Origin: Cyanophora paradoxa CCMP329
Taxonomy: Eukaryota > Plantae > Glaucophyta
Assembly (NCBI GenBank): GCA_004431415.1
Contig: QPMI01000470.1
Location: forward strand, 248,001-312,000
DNA: 64,000 bases
Direction: 5' to 3'
In this document: positions 12,801-27,800 of the stretch, piece by piece
How positions within the stretch are numbered: the stretch's first letter is position 1
Layout: every line of letters begins with the position of its first letter
Made by a program: the position numbers and the translations under genes
Notes under the pieces: generated by a model
Databases searched by the model: none
What the model saw: only the letters and a program-made list of their open reading frames with translations
What the model was told of the DNA's origin: nothing

Positions 12801-15800
12801 CGCAAGCCTGCCGCCCGAGATCGGCCGGCTGGTCAAGCTCCGCATCCTGGATCTCTCTTCGAATCGATTCGGTAAAAACACACTAGAGCTTTTATCCGGG
12901 CTCTGATTCCGTTGCTGACCGTACCCTTTTTCGGCCCAGGATCGGTGCCGCCCGAGGTGACTCTATTGACATCGCTTCAAGAGCTCCACGTGCAGAACAA
13001 TGCTGTTGCGGTCTTGAAGAAAGAAGATCGTAATCACGCACCACACTGGGGCGAGATGTACCTGTCCCGTCCCAAGCCTCGGCATCCCGTGGTCCGCGCA
13101 TGCGCACAGGGTTCTGCTCTAAAATATTTGCCAATGCTAATCGATGTGCACGTGCGCAGATGGTCGCCCTCGAATCAACTGACATCGTCAAGTTTATGGC
13201 CGACAGAAACATTCCTGTCGACCTCGCCCTTCTGCCTCTGTCGAGATTCCAACTGTACAGTGATCCGGCCGTCGGTTCCGCACTCAACGACGAGCTGCTC
13301 AAGAAGATGCAAGAGTACAGGCGCGCAGCGCTGGACCAGGTGGGCCGCAACCCTGCCCTGACGCTCCCCCGTGCACGCAATCGGGCACGCGCACGCTCGC
13401 CGCACGTGCGCCTCCAAACCGCTTGCATGTGGCTGCAGACGTCCGAAGCGCCCGTTGGCGCTCCCGTTGCCGGAGAGCTCGATACCATGCCTGCAGCAAC
13501 CGAGCCGGAGGCGAGTGCAAGGCGCCTGCGCTAACGCGAGCTCTCGGGTTCTCGATCTCACATCTGACCGCAAAGTGCAGGCCCCATCATCCGCATCGGA
13601 GCCGGCGCCCTGGGACGCAACCGGAGCTGCTTGTTCTATGCCGCAGCCCCCCTCGACCCCGATCGCAACGGGCGTCGATGGCACGCCGGCCATCGCCTCA
13701 CGCGGAGAACCCGACGACTCCTCCTTGCCGACGGCGCACGTTGGCACGGCGACTCGCATCGAGCCCAACGTGGGGGGCGCAGCGGAGCGTGCCGGCACGG
13801 GCGCCCCGCAGGCCGCGGCCCGCAGCCAGCCCGAGCGCGACGCCGAGAACGACGCAAACGCGAGCGTCGATCGCGGCGACGCGGTTGTTGAAAAGGACCC
13901 CGTCGCTCACTGGACACGTACCGTCGAAATCGGGAGGGAGCTGTTGATCAGATTCAAGCAAGCCTTGCTCGACGACCCAACGCCGTGCGGCTTGTTCAGA
14001 CAGCTGGAGGAGGGCGCGCACACCTTGGATGGTGGCGCCCACCTGCAGCTCGCCCTGGACGATTGCTTCCTGCGTTTTCTCTCAGAGGTGGATCCGACCA
14101 TCACACAGCTCGTGCACCTGCGGTTCTGTACCCCGACCGGGACCAAGTCGAAGATGCCCGGCTCGACGCTGGCCGAGGGTGAGCAACGTGGGCCCCTCGG
14201 TGTTCCGCATCTTTGCAAAGTGCTGGTGTTGCTAGGTGCGCCCTACGTGTTGACCGTTTGCGTTGCACCTTCAATCATTACGCACAACTAAAACCCCACT
14301 GCGCGTGCAGAGGCCGCTCAGGAGACCCGTTCAGGCAACGATGACGCGGATTCGCAGCTGGAAGACGCCCTGCACAAACTGGCCAAGCTCGTTGAGCTAC
14401 GTGCAGAGATTCTCCTGCGACGCACGGCCGCAAGCATGGGCTCGCTCGCCTTCAGCAACGACAAGGAAGCCAACGCCATCGATCCTCTCCTGCAGCTCAA
14501 CGAGAGCGACTGCGCCCTCGCCCACGAGCTCGTGCATCAAAAGCTGCTACGCATATCCGTGGACATCTCCATTTTCATACTTCAGAAGTGGCAGAGGCAA
14601 GCCCAATCACATGCACTTCGCTTGACGGGCCCTCCAGGTTTGTGCACGCATTCACGAGGATCCATGCACCATTCTCAAGTTGACCGCTCCCAGGTTTTGT
14701 TTCTGGGAATACCGGCATTGATTTTCACTACGATGTACCCGAGGGCATGGAGGGTGCCTTGTGCTCGGAGCTCCTGGACGCCGAGACTATTCTGAGGCAC
14801 GCTTGCGCTGAATTTCGCTTCTTCATCCCCTGCCGCTCTGCAGCGCTGTCAGAAAATCTGCCCGTGCGAGACGACCCGATCCAGTCGAAACCACCTGCAG
14901 GCAACCCGACGCCCTGCACCTGTATTTCTCGATGCACCCCTTGCGATGCCAGCGGTGCGCCTACCGAGCCTCAAGCCGGTGCGTTATTTCCACACAAAAC
15001 TCATGTTTGAAGGTATTCGTATCTATGCATATGCACCTCACGGAACGAGGGTCGGGCAAAAAACGCGTGTCGCTTCAAGCGTTTTCTAATAATTAAAAGT
15101 AGTATAATGAAAGAGACACACACAACTTGTAATAGGCGACAATCCCCCCTATGCCTCTGATCTGATTCCGGCGCCATCCTCAGTGGCGTACGAAATGAAG
15201 ATGCAGTTTGGCAGCGATCAAAAAGACCACGCCCTTGTTCACGCGTGGCGAGTCGATCAAAAGGCCAAGCGGGAGCTGGTAAAAAAAGTCTGCCTTGAAC
15301 TTCGGGCACGTGGTATCCCCATCGGGAGGAAATACGTTTCAATCACTCGAGTTTATTTCGGCACCGCTAGCACCCAGTGCGTCCTAGCTTTTTTTCCATC
15401 CCCTCTCTTCTCGCCTTGTTTTCCGTGGACAGTTCACAAAGGATTTTTCTGTGCACGCACACAGGTCGACAGCAGATTACGAAGGGCAGCTCAAAGATTT
15501 CCGGCGGCAGATCAACAAGATAAACAAGATTATCGGCGCACATCGAACAAATCTGAGCAAGGAATCAACTGCGCTCACTGACCTACAGAAGAGGTTTGTT
15601 CATCTTCCTCTTTGTTTCGGTTCTTAGTTTCGGAATATATTACTAGTGTGAGGGTATTCATCATCCCTCTCCTTCGGTAGCTCTTTCCTAATGCATTCCC
15701 TGTGCACAGTGTCCCAAAACCGACGAAGCCGATCTTGACCCTGATGAAGTCTCTGGAGAAGAAAATTGGCAAAATCCAGGATAAGATCAGCAAAGCGCAA

Positions 15801-18800
15801 CAAGACAAAGCTCGGCTAGAGGCAGACGCGGCCGCGATTGCAGTTCGGACGCGCAGCGGCACCGGCATTGGTGCCTCTACCTCTGCACCATCCTCGGCCG
15901 CGCAGTCGGCTGCACGAGCACCCGGTGCTGGCACATCTCAAGCAACGCCTTCGGTGAATGCGGCGAACGTGGCAAGCGCCAACGCAAACAGCAAGAAGCG
16001 CCAGCTGGAGGTGAGCCTTGACCAAATGTTCCTTTTGGTGTCCAACCTGAAGGCTGAGTGTCGAATCGCAGGGACAGAATGGAGAGGCCATTGCCGGGGA
16101 GACACCAGCAAAGAAGCCGGCTCTGAACGAGTCGACTTCGCGAGTTGTGCAGGTCAAGGGCAAGGCCGAGCGCAAGCAGCATGCGCAGGAGAACGCGGCC
16201 CCTGCTGTGGCTTCTCAGCCTGCAGCTGCAGACGGTGTCCCATCGGGATCCTCCAGCCACTTGACTTCGATCGTGAATGCCGCTCCAGCTGCAGGCGCAA
16301 CACAACTACATGGTGCTTTGGGATAGATAATCGCCTCGGAATCTTTCTTATTCAGTTTGGTGGCTGTGCAGCCGTGAATCTCGAGGCTGCAGTTGGAAAC
16401 ATAGGAGGCACCGGAGGAGACGCTCTGAACTTTAATAATTCAAGGGCACACAACAACTCTGCTCCCCCAGGTCCGTATGCAACCCTAGAATTTTAAATCG
16501 ACGACCGTGATTGACGATTGGTTGGCCCAACGTCAACCGCAGCACCCAGCGAGCCTTCGCAATCATCCGCTGGCGCTGCTTTGACCGCGGGCTCCAAGAC
16601 CAACGCCGAGGCGGATATTGTCTCGCAATCGCCGCCAACATCGTTTGACAATGCTGACCCTATGAGTCTCGATGATCATTCCAGTCCAGCTGGCGAGGAT
16701 GCAGCAGCACCGGAAGACGTCGACGCTATCGATTCCGAGTCCAATGAGACCCCCCCCGCGACTTGTGATGAGGACCTGCACCCCTCCGGTGCGTGCTATG
16801 CTGGATTAGTCTCTGGATCACATAACCCTTTTTTGGACGTGATGTCGTCCTTCTGACTTGACAGTGCACTCGTGCACCTTTTTGGCATCAGATCGCTGTT
16901 TGGCGCTTTGCCACTACGATGTCAAGTCCTCCGGCGACGTGTTCGGGGGGGGATTCTATCGTCTGTCGCGCGAGGCGTGTGCGTACGCAGTGCCGCTCGC
17001 AAAGGTGAAGATTCGGGGCGAAGGACACGTGTACGATCCAGTGGATCGAGAGACATGTGTCAATTGCACGATTCTCACGCAGAACCAAGCTGCATACGCT
17101 ATCCTCAAAGACCTCTCCCAAAACGACGCCGTCGACAGCAATGAGGTGCGTGTGCAACACGACAATACCAACTTTTGCCAACGAGATAGTTTGAATCGTA
17201 GACTAAAGCTCTGCTTTTTGATCAGGCTGCATAGCATGTTGTAGTGTTGCAGTGTCTCAGCAACTTGAACTTGACTCTAAATTTCCTTTCCGAGCAGAAG
17301 AAGGCAAACCGAGAAACGAGATTGGAGTCTTTCCAGCTCGGCATCTACCTGGACCCTGAGCTGGCCGGAACGGTCAATCAGGTTTACAAGACGGTCGGCA
17401 CTCACGATCTCTGTCTACGTTCGTCGGCGGACGCTTCGGAAAGAAAGCTTCGGAAAGACCCCTCAAACGAGAAGCGCCACCTTTCGTTCTCTGCAACGGA
17501 CCTCCTCGGGGTTCTTCGGAAGCAGCTGGGTAATCCGAGCGCCCTTGACAAGCTGGAGGCCAAGGACATCGTGCTCGAGCCATACAGTTTTCTTTGCAAG
17601 TGGCCAGAGAGCAAGCACTGCTCCTGGCGGTCGCGACCCGACGAGAATGGACTGTTCCATCGAGTTGGAACGCACCGAAATCCGAAGACGTGGTTCTTTC
17701 CTGGTGAAAAGTACCGCCTTACAACACAGGCGAAATTGGGTTCGCCGCTTGCTCGTCCTTAAAGTGCTTCGTGCACGTAGCCCGCACGCTTATGCAGCCA
17801 GCATGTACATGTGCAGGCGACAAAGATAGCAGCGTGACACCCGTGAACAAGCTCGTGCGCTGCCCGGCGGTTGATGCCGGACTCATCCAACCGGGCGAGC
17901 GGCTCCACTGGAGCGACCACGACAAGCTGACTCACATTGCGCAAAACGGACGTCGGTACCCCGCTCTCATCAACACGGACATGACCGACTTTCTTGTGCC
18001 TTGCACCCAAGAAGAGTGGAATTTGCGGTTCCCAAGCTGCCCAGATGCGGACGGGGGTGGGAGTTTCGACCCTCCTGGCGATCTAAAGGTGCGAGCATGC
18101 GCGAGCTGCATAGTTTGTTGACAGGCCTGAAAAGCCACCTATTTTTGCCGTTTCTCGAGCTCACCGGCACCCTTGAGCTTATTTTGTATCCGTAGGATTG
18201 GATTGCGGTCCTGAACAAGCCCAATCCCGACGTGATCAGCCTGTATAGATCGTTCAACGGAGAGACAGTGGTCTCAGCAATGGCGCGTCTCGGCCCGGAG
18301 ACAAAGGACAAGATCTTGAATGCGGCTCTGCACGGCCAGATTGTGGCAAATCTGGGCTACGCTCCGCTGCCCCGGGAAGACCTCCAAAGGCGTGTGTTGG
18401 CAGAGCTGGCCCGCTGCGTCTACATCAAGAACATCACACAGAGCGGCTGGGGTGGACGTGCGAGCTTGTTGCCTGGAGGGTGAATGCCAGCTTCTATGCA
18501 ATTGCAAACTAACCACTATTCCAAGCTGCAATCGTTTTGGTCATTTGCAAGCTAATTATATAACTCCCGTGCAGGGTACCGGCTGCAAACCCCGCCTTTG
18601 ACATCCACGAGGGCGTGGAGCGGGCGCTGGCGGTGGCAGAAGAGTGCGAGGATTTCCAGAAAGTGCTGGAGGTGTGGGAGCGCTGGCGGAAGAAGAGAGC
18701 AGGAGACCCTTCGTACGTCTAGCTTCTCCCAGCATCTCCCATGTAAATCCTGAGAGAAACCGGCAGGGACGAGAAAAACCCCATTCAGCAGCTGCGAGAT

Positions 18801-21800
18801 CGTTGGATCTGGAACCGCGATGCACGTGCACCCACGTCCGGCCCATCGCCTGCGGAGGCAAGCGGCACCTCGCCAGATCTGGAGCAGGCAAGCGACGAGC
18901 AACCTCCAACCGCGGTCCCGCCGGCTCCCGGGCCGTCGAGCACGAGCCCCAGAGAACGATTCGTCCTGCCCCAGACCTGGGCCGAGCTCGAGAAGATGGC
19001 AAGGGGCAAAGGAGTCTACCAGGAGAAGGCCAAACGGATCATCCAGGCATTTACCTCCGCGTGCGACAGCACAGACAAGAAAGAAGATGTTCGGAAGGCC
19101 GTATACTCAAAGTTTATCGCCTGGGCAAACAGGAGCAAGGAACTTCTCGTTCGTCATGAGCTGGATATGACATGGGACGACCTCGGTACGTATTAACAAC
19201 TCTATCTATGTATGCACACATAGATACGCCGATACACATTTTCTTTTACATTAACAATGTTTTCTTGCATGGGAGCGATTTCGAATGTACGAATCGGTAC
19301 TTATCATTTTCTGCTTGTGATCGTAAACAGTTGGCGAAGACATGCGAATTGCGAAAGCATATCTGCGAGACTTCGAATTTCGCATGTTCCACCCCGATCC
19401 AAAGAACGAGGTGCAGCAACTTCTCGCGGGATTTGTTTTCAGCGGTCCCGGGGTATGCACGTGAGATTTTCCTCGCGATCGGTCATGCCATCGTGTTCGA
19501 ACGTCTTTTTTAACATGCATGCTTGGACAACAGGGATGCGGAAAGACCGAGCTTGCGCTTCAGATGGCAAGGAGATTGGGGGACAGGGTTTTCTTCATGA
19601 ACATGCCTCTGTCAGGATCGAGGAGCCACTTCGTGCGTGACAAGTACATCTCATACATCGTGTTTAAAGCGCATACATGTGTGCATTCTCTAGAATATCG
19701 CACAGTTTTACACTTTTTTGAATTTTTTTGATACGAGGGATGTGAGCTAAACATAGTATTACGCTCGCTAATTATATAATAATATGGTGCATTTGCACGT
19801 AAAAGCTTGAAGAGGCTTCATTTCGCGTTTCAAATGTAACTATGCCGCTGCTGCAGGCCTCCATGGATGGACAGATGTTTGGTGCTTCGATAAATGTCAT
19901 GAAAGAGATGCAGCCTGGCTTCATCCTATTCGAGTACGTAAGACTGAGATCCAGAGCTCCCACGCGGCGCGTACCTTCGAATTCTGACATGACATGTGGA
20001 ATGCGCAGGGAAGCAAATGGGCTTTTCAACGGAGATGACAGCACCGGTCTCGTGTCTCTGGTGAGTTTAATTTTAGAAGCCTTGTAGGAGAACATGTACA
20101 TGCATACAGGCAGTGATGCTTTTTTGTATACCCGCGATCCAGTTCAAGTCGAATGTTCTTGGAGCCGAGTCGGGCAATATGGATCAGTACCTTCGCAACA
20201 ACAGGGGTTTGCTGATCATCATGACGACAAACTACCCGTGGCTGATGGATGAGAACATGGCCAACAGCAAGTTGCACCCGTGCGCGCTCCATGTCCCTCT
20301 TGTGGGGGGCACATTTCCACAGCTTGCATTTTCAGATCTCTGTGATTACAATAGCTCAAGAAAATTTACAAATCTTTTTATATTACAGGAATCGTTTCTA
20401 AGCTGCCATTTAACGATTCATTTAAATGGATCTTTATATTTAAAACACGCACACATATCATATCCACTTTATGTTTAATTAGGCTCCCATTCGTGTTGCC
20501 ATAAACATCTTTGATCGGGATGCACAACGCAGATTGCGTTTCGGCAGAGTGGCAGGGGAGACTGCCGCCACATCATACGCTAAATGGGCCACTCGTTTCA
20601 ATCAGGGAGAGCCAAAATTCTTCATCGATCTGTCATTGTTGGACTGGAAGGCCTTTGTGGAGTCGGTTGAGGGGTTCCAAGGCTCCATCCAGGACGCCGA
20701 TGGATTTGATGTTGAAATCAGCTCAAGGGTGGTCCAGCTATCGGTCAAAAGCCACGCCTGCATAGCTGCCATGCTCGATTTTGAGGATGTCTACGGCGAG
20801 TGGGAGTATGGCGCTGGCTTTGAGAAAATTCGCGTGTCGTTGAAGCACATGCAAGCTGGCCTTGAGAAGTACGTGGATACCATCAAGCGAACGCGAATTA
20901 TGGAGGCCCCCCCTCCAGTCAACGATACAGACAAGGTATTTTTCAGCCTTTGCTCGGAGCGGACCGTTGCTGAATCGAAAACCGCTTCATTCTAGATCTG
21001 ACGCTACGTTTTGCAGACTGCAGCTGCCGGGGCAAGCCCCGAGGCAGTGTCAGAAGACTCGAGGTCGAAGGTGGCATCGCCGTCGTCAGATTCGTCAGTG
21101 GACGCCGAACCGGCTGCAGTGCGCACAGTTTGCAGTTTAAAATAATTCGAGACAAGTCTCCTACCGATTTGAAACGGTCGCGCTCCGGTCGCAGTTCGAA
21201 ACCCCGGAAGTGGACGACGCAGCTCTGCTCACCGACCTCCCTGGTCCGGCACCCGAAGATCTCGGCGGCGACAGTGTCGACGACGAACCGGCGGGCATTG
21301 CGAATGTACCTATGCACGTGGAGGGCGCCTCTGCACGCTCTGATGCGATGGAAGGCGAGGTGCTCCTCAATGCAATCGTCAACATACATAGCCTAGTAGT
21401 GCTCGAGCTCGAAAAAGCTCGCGCCAATTTCTTGCCTGATCCCGGCCCCACCCCTGCCCCCTCAGAACGACATTGCAAATCTCAACCATGGCCAGGACGT
21501 TGACGCAGCCGGCGCTTCTCTCCAAGAGGCCCCGCCGGCGGTCCCACCGACATTGGCATCGTCGCCGGCGGCAGAGGCGCTGTCGGACGGTGAGACGTCG
21601 GCATCGACGCCGCGATCGCCAGAATCGTCAGACGAGTCGTCCGATTCGGACGACGAGGGCAGCGGTCCCGAAGACCCTCCCAGCGGGCCCCAGCAGCCAG
21701 CTTCGTCCGCGGGGACCTCGAGTGGCGGCGCCGATGGGGACGATCACGGACGTGTCGATGCATATGGCGGGCCGAGCGCCGGCGGCCCTCCCGCGCCGTC

Positions 21801-24800
21801 TCGCCCGGGAGGCGGGCCCTCGGCACGCTCGGCTGGCGCCGGCATCCAAGGCGCGCCCCCCGCGAGCTCGGTCCGACCTGGTGCGGGACTCGTGCCGGCC
21901 GCGACGCCAGCAGCAGCAATGGACGAAGCGATGGACGCACTGCTTCCTCCTCCTGCACCGTCCTCCGCCGGCGCCCCTGCAGAAGGCTCGGCAGATTCAA
22001 ATGCGCACGGGCTCGCCACCAACACGCGTCCACGTGCGCTCCCGACTTTGCCTCCTCTGACCGGCTGCCGCGCTTTCGCCGACGAGTGCTTGATTTTTGG
22101 CAGTTGTAGATGCGGGGGCGGGGCCCGACGAGGCCCCTGTCCGCCAAAGAGGCGTACCGGGCGGAGATCAAGGTGGCCGTGATACGGGTCGGGTCGATCA
22201 CGATCACGCCGGCATCCAGCCTGCGCACCCGTGGCGGCCGGATCTCGGACCAGCAGCTGCAGCTGCAGCCAGCCCGATCGCCAGCTCTACGGGCTCGCCC
22301 GAGCCCGCGCAGGAGCCGGAGGACCCGAAGCGCCCCCTCGTTGGCGAAAGTCTCGGCGCCGCTCACGGCGGCGCGGCCCTCGGTGACATCAACTTTGACT
22401 GGCCGCCGATTTACACGCCCACGCCGAGCGAGATAGCTCGAGATCTGGCGTCGGAGGGCCAACCGCAAGATCGGAATGAACTCATGATTTTCCTGGACGA
22501 ATTGATTGCAACCCCTCCGCCGGACGCCGACCCTGCGCCTGCCCGTGCGGAGCCGCCGAAACCGAAAGCAGCATCGATGCCGGCTCCCATGCCAGCGTCA
22601 ATGGCGGCGCCTGCGACGTTCGAGTCATCGGAGGGATCGGGCGACCGGCTCCAGCAGCCAGCCTCATCGGACAATGGCGTAGATGGCAGGGAGCCCGGGG
22701 TCCTTGAAGCGATGGACATCCAGGTGTGCCCTCCAAATGCATTTGACAGCAAGATAGCACCTGATACCGGCTCCATCCCTGCCCGTCAGAACGACGTTGC
22801 AAATGTCGAGCAGAGCGCAGTCGAGGCCTCTCTCCAAGAGGCCCCGCCCACATCGCCCCCGGCAGCTGCAGGCGCCGCCGGGGGCGATCACGGACGCGTC
22901 GATGGCGGGCCGATCGCGAGTGCCGACGGCCCTCCCGCGCCGTCTCGCCCGGGAGGCGGGCCCCCGGCACGCTCGGCTGGCGCCGGCACCCAAGGCCCGC
23001 CCCCCGCGAGCTCGGTCCGACCTGGTGCGGGACTCGTGCCGGCCGCCACGCCGGCGGCAGCAGCACCGATGCCGGCAGCAGCGACGACGCCGGATCCCGT
23101 CCCAGCGGCGGCACCGGCGGGCGAGTCGACAGCCGGCACGCCAGCAGAGGCCGGAGAGGTCGAATATCGCAACATTGTTCGGTGGGCTCAGCTTTCTTAC
23201 GACCAGCGTCAGGAAGCGTTCGTGAAGATGGCGATGCAACGTGCAAAAAATGACAGGGGCAGCTTGCGCTTCTACGCGAGGTCAGCCGACAGGGATGCAC
23301 ACGTTCAGCAGGCAATCCAGCGAGAGATCGAGAAGATGCACCGAGAGGCTCTGCAGGCGCTGCGTCGCGCCCAGCATCGCGATCTGGCGATGTACAACCG
23401 CGAAGCCGTTCAACGCCTGCGTCGAGTCGTCGATCTACTCGAGCGCGACGAAGGGGAGGTCAAGCAGCTAAAAAAGGCCGAGCTGCCGTCTTACGCGAAG
23501 GCGGCCCTCGACATGGTGATGCGACTGCTGGAGCAAGGGTCTTTGCCAGGCCCGGGCACGTCGGCATCGGCGTCGGCGGTGCCAAGATCTGCAGCTGCGG
23601 TCCAGCGCGCACAGCCGCGTGTGCCCACGGGCGCCACGTACCAGCAGGCGCCCGGCGCGCAGCTGCAGCCCGCACGTGGCGGCGCCGCCCCATCCCCGGC
23701 GACCGGCTCGGCGGCCCCTGATCCGGGGGGCGCGCGGTCAAGGGGAGGCAACGAAGGACCGGCGCAGGAGGCTTCCTATCCTTTCGAGGATGAGGTCTTA
23801 AAGTTCATCGAGAGCGACGTGTGGATGACCTTGAAGCGGTGGCGCAGTCTCGAAACACACGAGGATCGCTTGGAAGGGTTCAGGGAGAACGCACGAAAAA
23901 CGCTCGGCGCCAATCCGTCGGAGGAGGCGCTCATCAAGCTGGCAAACGAGGAGTACGCGGAAATCGGCCAGCTGTTGGACCGCGCCGTGCAGCTCGGGCT
24001 CTGCTCTCCCAATCACGATGGTGGAGCAACACCGCCCAGTCAATTGGAGGGGCCCCGCAGGCACTGGAACCTGAAACCGGTCTACAACGAGTACCAACGG
24101 CACTATCGACATGCTGTTGCGACTTTTACCGTCTACCAGCAGCTGCAGGCGCTCGCCCTGCGGGGTGTCCCCGCAGGCGCGGCTCCGGGCGGGAGTGCAC
24201 CGTCGCCGGCCGGATCGGTTTTCGACTCGCAGGCCCCTCTGCCCTCTCAGCCGGTGCGATGCGCTGCAGACCTCCGCCTCCGGCGCGACAGATCTGAAGC
24301 CCTCGACCTCCGTCCCCGCCCCACAAGGCTCTCGCCTGACCGGCACTCCCTCTTTTTTTGTCTCGCAGAATGACGCGCTTCCTGAACAGCAGCCGCCCCC
24401 TGCTTGGGAGGCCCCACCGTCGACGTTGCTCCCGAACACGGAAAGCTTAGCAGGTGCCGCTTTCGGCGAAATCGATATCGCCAGCGTCGATCAGCGGGCC
24501 GCGGTAGAGCCTGCAGCAGAGCAAGCGCCCCGTGACGCCAGGGCCGAAGGAACAATTAATATTCCGAGTGCCGCGTTCACGGAGATCCAAGTAAGAGGCG
24601 ACGGTATTTGCCTCTTCCGAGCTGTGCGTTTCTCGAATTCTCGATTCTAGCGCTTGTTGGATGCAGTTCCGCCTTCCGTGCAGCGGCTTGAAGGCTGCAG
24701 CCGCTGACCTGCCGCCCGATCCCGTCGCCTTTTGATTGGTCGTGTATCGGTATCCCTCAGATTGCGGAGGGTCTGATAACGCAAGTATACCGTAAGCATT

Positions 24801-27800
24801 CGAGACCTACTGACGACGACGTGAATTTCGAACGAGAATCAATCATTCAGGCAATTCGCTCGCGCGTGCAGGAAATCATGGTTTGTCTCTGGTGCTGCAA
24901 TCGTGTGAAAAAGCGAACTGCGATTGACGCTGGATGCATGCGCAGGCTCGTGAAGATTATCGCGCTGGGGCTCTTTTTCCTGGCGGCCGGACTGTGGCAC
25001 AGCACACCCAGGACCTCATCGATCACCCTACAACGTACTGGGGTGCGCTGTCGTCGTTTCAAGTATTGATCCCCTTAAAGACAATGAAGTCTGACGAGCT
25101 GGCGTACACATGCACAGGCGGGGAACCAGAAATGTGGGCCGCCGCGGACCTGTACCAGGTCCCCATCATCGTGTATGTGCGAGACTCCGAAACATCGTTC
25201 CGAGAATGGGCGAGGTGCACGAATACGGTTCTCCTGGACAGAACAATTTAGTGCACTATGCACAGAATTCAAACAATCCCTAAAGCTTTAGATGGTGTTT
25301 GAGCGCACCGATCGCATTTTTCTTTTTGCCCCCTTCGCGCTGGAGTAATCGAAGGTTAGACCTAGCCAGCGCACTCGATCTCGAGCTCACGCATTTGCAT
25401 CTTTCGATCCATATGCTATACTTAGCTAGAGTGCGTCAATACATCGCTGAATGCTCCCCTGACCAGATACGGCACACACTACACAAATCCTCCCATTCAC
25501 GTGCGCGCTTCACAATTTTGCTATCATGTGGAACCATGAAAATTTGCCGACCGTTGGCACTGCAAATCGCACCAGTTGCACTATACGGACAATCAAACCC
25601 ACTACAATCTGCTGGTGCCGCGGGACCCATCGGCATCTGCAAGCTTAAGCGGCGAAGCTGCCGCCACAGCCACTCCTGTGGAGCCAGAAATCCCGGCCCC
25701 CCTCGCCGTCAGTGTCGAGCGCACGATCCCGAGAGCCACGTTCGATACCCTTTTCACGGTTCGCCGTGTGATAGGCGACGGCCGGTGTCTCTTCCGCTCG
25801 GTGCGCTCCATTCTCTCAATGCTGGCGTACGCGTCTGCTGGCTGCAATCGCCGTGCAGCGATCCTACAGCGGGTCCCGTCGCGCGCCTTGTAACCGTTTG
25901 CGCGTTGCTCAGATCACGCAAGGTCTGTTGACGAACCTGGGGGAAACAGGAGACGCTAGCGATGCAGACGTGGAAGACGTACGGGAATCGATCATTCGAA
26001 CAATTATCTCGCGCGCAGACGAGCTGAAAGTTCGTGCACTCTTTTGTTTTTGAGTTTTCGCAATCGTGTGTTTCCGGTTCAGGAACCGCGTTTGACGATT
26101 GGCGCAGGCTAGCCCCTTCTATCCGAGCCTTTTCCCCGGCAACGTGACCGTGGAACAGCACATCCAGAATCTCGTTGCCGACCCAGCTTACTGGGGTGCG
26201 CTTTGCTTCCGTGTTTTCGTCTACTACGGGCCATTATCTCGGGGTCTGAAGAGCTGATCGTGGTCACGACGAGCGCAGGTGGGGAGCCGGAACTGTTCAT
26301 TGCCGCCGACTTGTTCAGGGTCCCCATCTTCGTGTACACGGAAGATCCGGAGCGACTTGTGTACCGCCGCCTCCCTGGGTGCGCGAGAGGCAGTTCTCCT
26401 GGCCGAATAAACTCACTGCCCCACGCTTAGCATACGCTCCCCTCGCACTGAAGCTCACGCGCTCTGCTGCTGATCATTTTCCGACTCAACTGCCGTCATC
26501 AGATATGGCGAGCATTACATGCGCACCGACGGCCCCATGGCCATTCACGTGCGTGCTTTGCAGTTTGCCTTCAAGACAGGTCGGACGCACGCCGGGTGTT
26601 GACTTTGCGAGTCGACGTCGCTCCAGTTGCGGTACAACGGAAGTCACTACGAGCTCCTGGTGCCGCGACAGCCGATTTCGACCACGCCCGTCGAGGCTCC
26701 CGGCGCGGATTCTCTCTCAGCTAGCCTTGACGCGCCGGTGCGTGCGTGGCGCGCGCCGCTGCGCGTTTCTTCGTCTGCGTTGGCCCGCCCGGGCCCGCTC
26801 TCGCATCGTCGCCCGACGCCCCCGCTGCCCTCAGGTCGCACCGGACGGCAATGCTGGCGCGCCACCCGCACAGCCTTCAGAGGTCACGATGGGGCAACGG
26901 CCCTCTGCCGAAGTGCGAGGGGGCGGCGGCCCCGCAGACCGCGATACCGAAATGACGGACTTGGGCAACGACGACGCCGAACCCTCTGGCCCAGTGCGCG
27001 GGGGAGGCTCGCCTCTGACGGCCCCCTTATTCCGCTTGACGCCTTTGCAGTTCTCCTCCGAGGCTGCACATGTGGCCGGCGCGCGTCACGGCGACGCGCA
27101 AAACTCGGAGCTAGAGAATATCGAGGATTACGACGACGACGGCGAGCCTCTGCCACCACCAGCTGCAGAGCCGTCGGCACGGCCCTCTTCCAGAGTGCAC
27201 GGGGGCGGCGGCCCCGCAGACCGCGATACCGAAATGCCCGACGCCGAGTCGCCGTCGCCGCCGTCGTCACCGCGGCCACCGTCGCCGCCGCCACCGCCGC
27301 TGTCGGCCAAGAAAGCCCGCACGGTGCGAGCCCGAGCCGCCGCCGGCGTGCACGTGCATGCGCACGCGACGGCGCTCTATCTGTTTATTCCTCGCGCACC
27401 CGGATCAAGCTGACGACTCGGTCTGCAGAGCGGCGCTGCCGGCACTTCGTCTGCCGCCCCTCCTGTCCAGCCATCCGACTCCGTTGTTGTGGCAGAACGC
27501 CATTTTCCCAGGTTCGGCCTGTTGACAGTGACGCAAAAAGACATCGACGTGCTCCTGGACGAGGAGGGCAAGCTCAACGACGCTGTGATCGATTACTACG
27601 TGGCGCTCTTGGAATCTGGCCAGCCCGGGCCCGACACAGCAGCGTCATCGACGGCCCCGCTACAGCCCAAGCGCCTCATTTTCGGTTCTCAGTTCTACAC
27701 GAAGTTGACCAAGAAATTGGACGACAAAAGGTCTTGGTCGGATGACTACGGCTTCAACAAGGTCAAGAACTGGCGCTGGGTCAAGTCGCTCGATCCCTTG

